A DNA stretch of 64,000 nucleotides, from the NCBI GenBank assembly GCA_043808015.1, contig JAZDFI010000008.1, positions 19,408 through 83,407 on the forward strand, given 5' to 3'. The notes under the pieces are model-generated. The model was not told the origin of the DNA and did not search any database. It was given only the letters and a program-made list of their open reading frames with translations. The DNA comes from Candidatus Aenigmatarchaeota archaeon (GTDB lineage Archaea; Aenigmatarchaeota; Aenigmatarchaeia; QMZP01; QMZT01). A program made the position numbers and the translations under genes. Numbering within the stretch: the stretch's first letter is position 1; the number at the start of each line of letters is the position of its first letter. Positions 61,512 through 64,000 of this stretch are shown here, piece after piece.

Positions 61512-62180
61512 TTGATTCTTATGAAAATCACAACGCTCAATTTTGAGAATAACCCGAACATAGGGCTTTTTGCCGTCGCTACAGACGGATTCTGCCTGAC
61601 GGGCAAGTTCATCCGCGACAAGGACGCCGAACTCATGGCCAGCATACTCAAAGTCCCGGTTCACAGGATGAGCGTGCTGCGCACGGGCTTCCTCGGTGTT
61701 TTTTGCGCAGGCAATTCGCGAGGCGTCGTCGTATCCGACAAGCTGCACGACGATGAGATTGCAGAGCTGCAGAAGAAAGTCGAAGTCCTGGTTCTCGATA
61801 GCAAACAAACGGCCATGGGCAACATCCTGCTCGCGAATGACCGCGGCTGCATAATCTCGAAAGAGCTGGAGCCGCACAGGGATCAGATAAGCAAGTTTCT
61901 TGATGTCGAGACTCGTGTCGGCACGATCGATGGCCTGGACCTGGTCGGCTCGCTGGCGGTAGCGAATTCGAACGGCTGCCTTGTTCACAAGGCAATAACG
62001 GAAAAGGAAAAAGCGCTCGTCGAAAAGACGCTGGGCGTCTCGCTCATGCAGTCTTCTGTCAATTTCGGCAACCAGTGGATACGCTCTGGCCTCGTCGCCA
62101 ATTCGAACGGCTTCGTGGCGGGCGACCAGACCAGCGGACCGGAGCTGGGTCTCATATCCGAGACGCTGGGCTTCTTATGA
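61512..62180 (+). CDS. eif6: Translation initiation factor aIF6
   Basis: NPNIGLF, GN.LLAND.G, VANSNG, TSGPEL. Confidence 0.93.
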   Translation: MILMKITTLNFENNPNIGLFAVATDGFCLTGKFIRDKDAELMASILKVPVHRMSVLRTGFLGVFCAGNSRGVVVSDKLHDDEIAELQKKVEVLVLDSKQTAMGNILLANDRGCIISKELEPHRDQISKFLDVETRVGTIDGLDLVGSLAVANSNGCLVHKAITEKEKALVEKTLGVSLMQSSVNFGNQWIRSGLVANSNGFVAGDQTSGPELGLISETLGFL

Positions 62181-62225
62181 CAGAATTTACATCATGAATG
62201 CGGATGAAAAAAGCCAAGAAACAAT

Positions 62226-62606
62226 TTATTTTTTAACATACGGCTGATATTTTTTAATATAATCTTTAAGATTCCTGAGTGATAATCCATGCTGTTTAGT
62301 AAAAGTAAAAAAACTATCTGGTTCAACGCCTAAATCTTTAAAAACGCCTTCAAGCTCCATCGAATCAAAAGACCCGTCATTATTACCGTAATCAGGATGC
62401 AACTCACTCCTATCAGCTAATTTTCTCACTTGATGATACAGGGAATCTCGATAATCGTTTATCGGTTTCAAAACATAATTACAGGTGCCAAAAGCAAATG
62501 CGGCTGCTGCTATCACACCAATTACTGGCTTCATGATTCGCTTGCTGAAGTCTTTCGTCTCTTCCTGCATGATAGTAATACTACTTTTTGGTGATATAAA
62601 AATCAT
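62226..62606 (-). CDS. Hypothetical AT-rich protein with N-terminal membrane anchor
   Basis: 126-aa ORF filling the gap; hydrophobic VIGVIAAAAFAFG. Confidence 0.5.
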   Translation of the reverse strand: MIFISPKSSITIMQEETKDFSKRIMKPVIGVIAAAAFAFGTCNYVLKPINDYRDSLYHQVRKLADRSELHPDYGNNDGSFDSMELEGVFKDLGVEPDSFFTFTKQHGLSLRNLKDYIKKYQPYVKK

Positions 62607-62679
62607 TTGGCCGCGCTTTTGCGCATTTCACCAATTCACAACTAGCCGATTAGCGTGTTGATATTCATACTGATATTTT

Positions 62680-64000
62680 TTACTTTCCGGGGCATTGACG
62701 GGCTATCGACGGGTCGATATTCTTCTTCCCGTATGCCTTGTCGAACCTCGCTGAGAACTCGGACGCCAGCTTGCTCGCGCGCTCGTCATACGCCTTTTTA
62801 TCGCTCCAAGTGTTCCTCGGGTCTAGGATTTCGCTTGGGACGCCGGGGCAGGTTTTTGGTACCAAAAAATGGAATGTCGTGTTTTCCTCGTATTTTACTT
62901 TTTCAATGCTGCCGTTGAGGGCGGCGTTGACCATCTTTCTGGTCACATCGATGTCTATGCGTTTCCCTACGCCGTAAGGCCCGCCGCTCCAGCCCGTGTT
63001 TATCAGGTAAACGTTCGCTTTGTGATCTTTCATTTTCCGGCCGAGCATGCTCGCGTAATCATCGGGATTCCTCGGCATGAACGGCTCGCCGAAGAAGCGC
63101 GAGAACGTCGTTTTCGGCTCCGTGACGCCAGTCTCGGTTCCAGCGAGCTTGCTCGTGTATCCCATCAGGAACCACAGCATGGCCTGCTTGTCGTTGAGCT
63201 TCGAAATAGGCGGCAGCACGCCGTTCGCGTCCGCCGTAAGGAATACGATGGTCTTCGGATGGCCGCCTACTGACGATGACTTTATGTTGGATAAGTAGTC
63301 GAGCGGGTACGAGCCTCTCGAATTTTCCGTGAAGCGGTTGTCGGAAAAATCGAACTTTCCGTCCGGGTAAATCATCGCGTTCTCGACGATGGCGCCGTGT
63401 TTTATGTGGTCGTCCCTGTGCATTATGGCGTTGTATATCTCCGGCTCTTTCTTTGGATTAAGGTTTATCAGCTTCGCGTAGCAGCCGTTCTCGAAATTCG
63501 CGATGCCCTTGTCGTTCCACCCGTGCTCGTCATCCCCTAGTAACGCGCGCTCGGGGTCAGCCGAAAGCGTTGTTTTGCCCGTGCCTGAAAGCCCGAGGAA
63601 CAGCGTCATATCCCCTCGTTTGCCCTCGTTCGCCGAGCAGTGTAATGGAAGGATGCCTTTTTCAGGCAGCATGTAATTCATCACAGTGAACATGAGTTTC
63701 TTCACACTACCGCAATACGACGAGCCGAACACGACGCCAATCCTGTTGACGAAGTCGATAGCAATGGCCATATTCGACGTCGCTCCGCTTTCCGTCGCGC
63801 GCAGGCGTCCTTTGTATCTCTCGGGAATGAGCTTGTCATAAGGCACAGCAAGAAGCAGGAATTCAGTGTCGGCGAATATGCTCTTTTCAATGCCCTTCTG
63901 CACGGGCCTGAACATGTGATATGTGAAAAGCGATGTCAGCGCGCTATCCGTGACAATCGTGACCGGTAACGAATACGACGTGTCGGCTCCGAGCGTGCGG
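62680..64000 (-). CDS. pckA: Phosphoenolpyruvate carboxykinase (ATP), 5' part beyond the window
   Basis: LHCSAN, GLSGTGKTTLS.DP, GDDEHGW, GCYAK, GYTSKLAGTE.G, YLINTGW.GG. Confidence 0.95.
   Translation of the reverse strand, partial: RTLGADTSYSLPVTIVTDSALTSLFTYHMFRPVQKGIEKSIFADTEFLLLAVPYDKLIPERYKGRLRATESGATSNMAIAIDFVNRIGVVFGSSYCGSVKKLMFTVMNYMLPEKGILPLHCSANEGKRGDMTLFLGLSGTGKTTLSADPERALLGDDEHGWNDKGIANFENGCYAKLINLNPKKEPEIYNAIMHRDDHIKHGAIVENAMIYPDGKFDFSDNRFTENSRGSYPLDYLSNIKSSSVGGHPKTIVFLTADANGVLPPISKLNDKQAMLWFLMGYTSKLAGTETGVTEPKTTFSRFFGEPFMPRNPDDYASMLGRKMKDHKANVYLINTGWSGGPYGVGKRIDIDVTRKMVNAALNGSIEKVKYEENTTFHFLVPKTCPGVPSEILDPRNTWSDKKAYDERASKLASEFSARFDKAYGKKNIDPSIARQCPGK

Overview
Archaeal chromosome segment, most likely a DPANN lineage (inferred from the fused PriS-PriL primase, multi-intron tRNAs, divergent rRNA and fragmented ribosomal-protein operons). 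It carries housekeeping genes (ndk, adk, thrS, proS, fen, aRF1, ksgA, many r-proteins, aIF6, pckA), a pyrBIDKCEF operon, an ABC exporter, an oxidative-stress cluster, a 16S-tRNA(Ala)-23S operon with bulge-helix-bulge (BHB) introns, RNase P RNA and four intron-containing tRNAs. Highlights: (1) a 17-codon leader peptide with seven consecutive Thr codons, competing hairpins and a U-tract upstream of thrS, a candidate ribosome-mediated attenuator in an archaeon. (2) Two AT-rich free-standing LAGLIDADG genes that appear to have replaced the end of an essential target gene (thrS 3' end, tRNA-Gln 5' end), each leaving a decayed remnant. (3) An aRF1 with GGWSQ instead of GGQ, alongside a heavily substituted peptidyl-transferase centre. 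(4) Several unexplained structured RNAs, including an 81-nt element present in two identical copies. All calls are by eye, without database searches.
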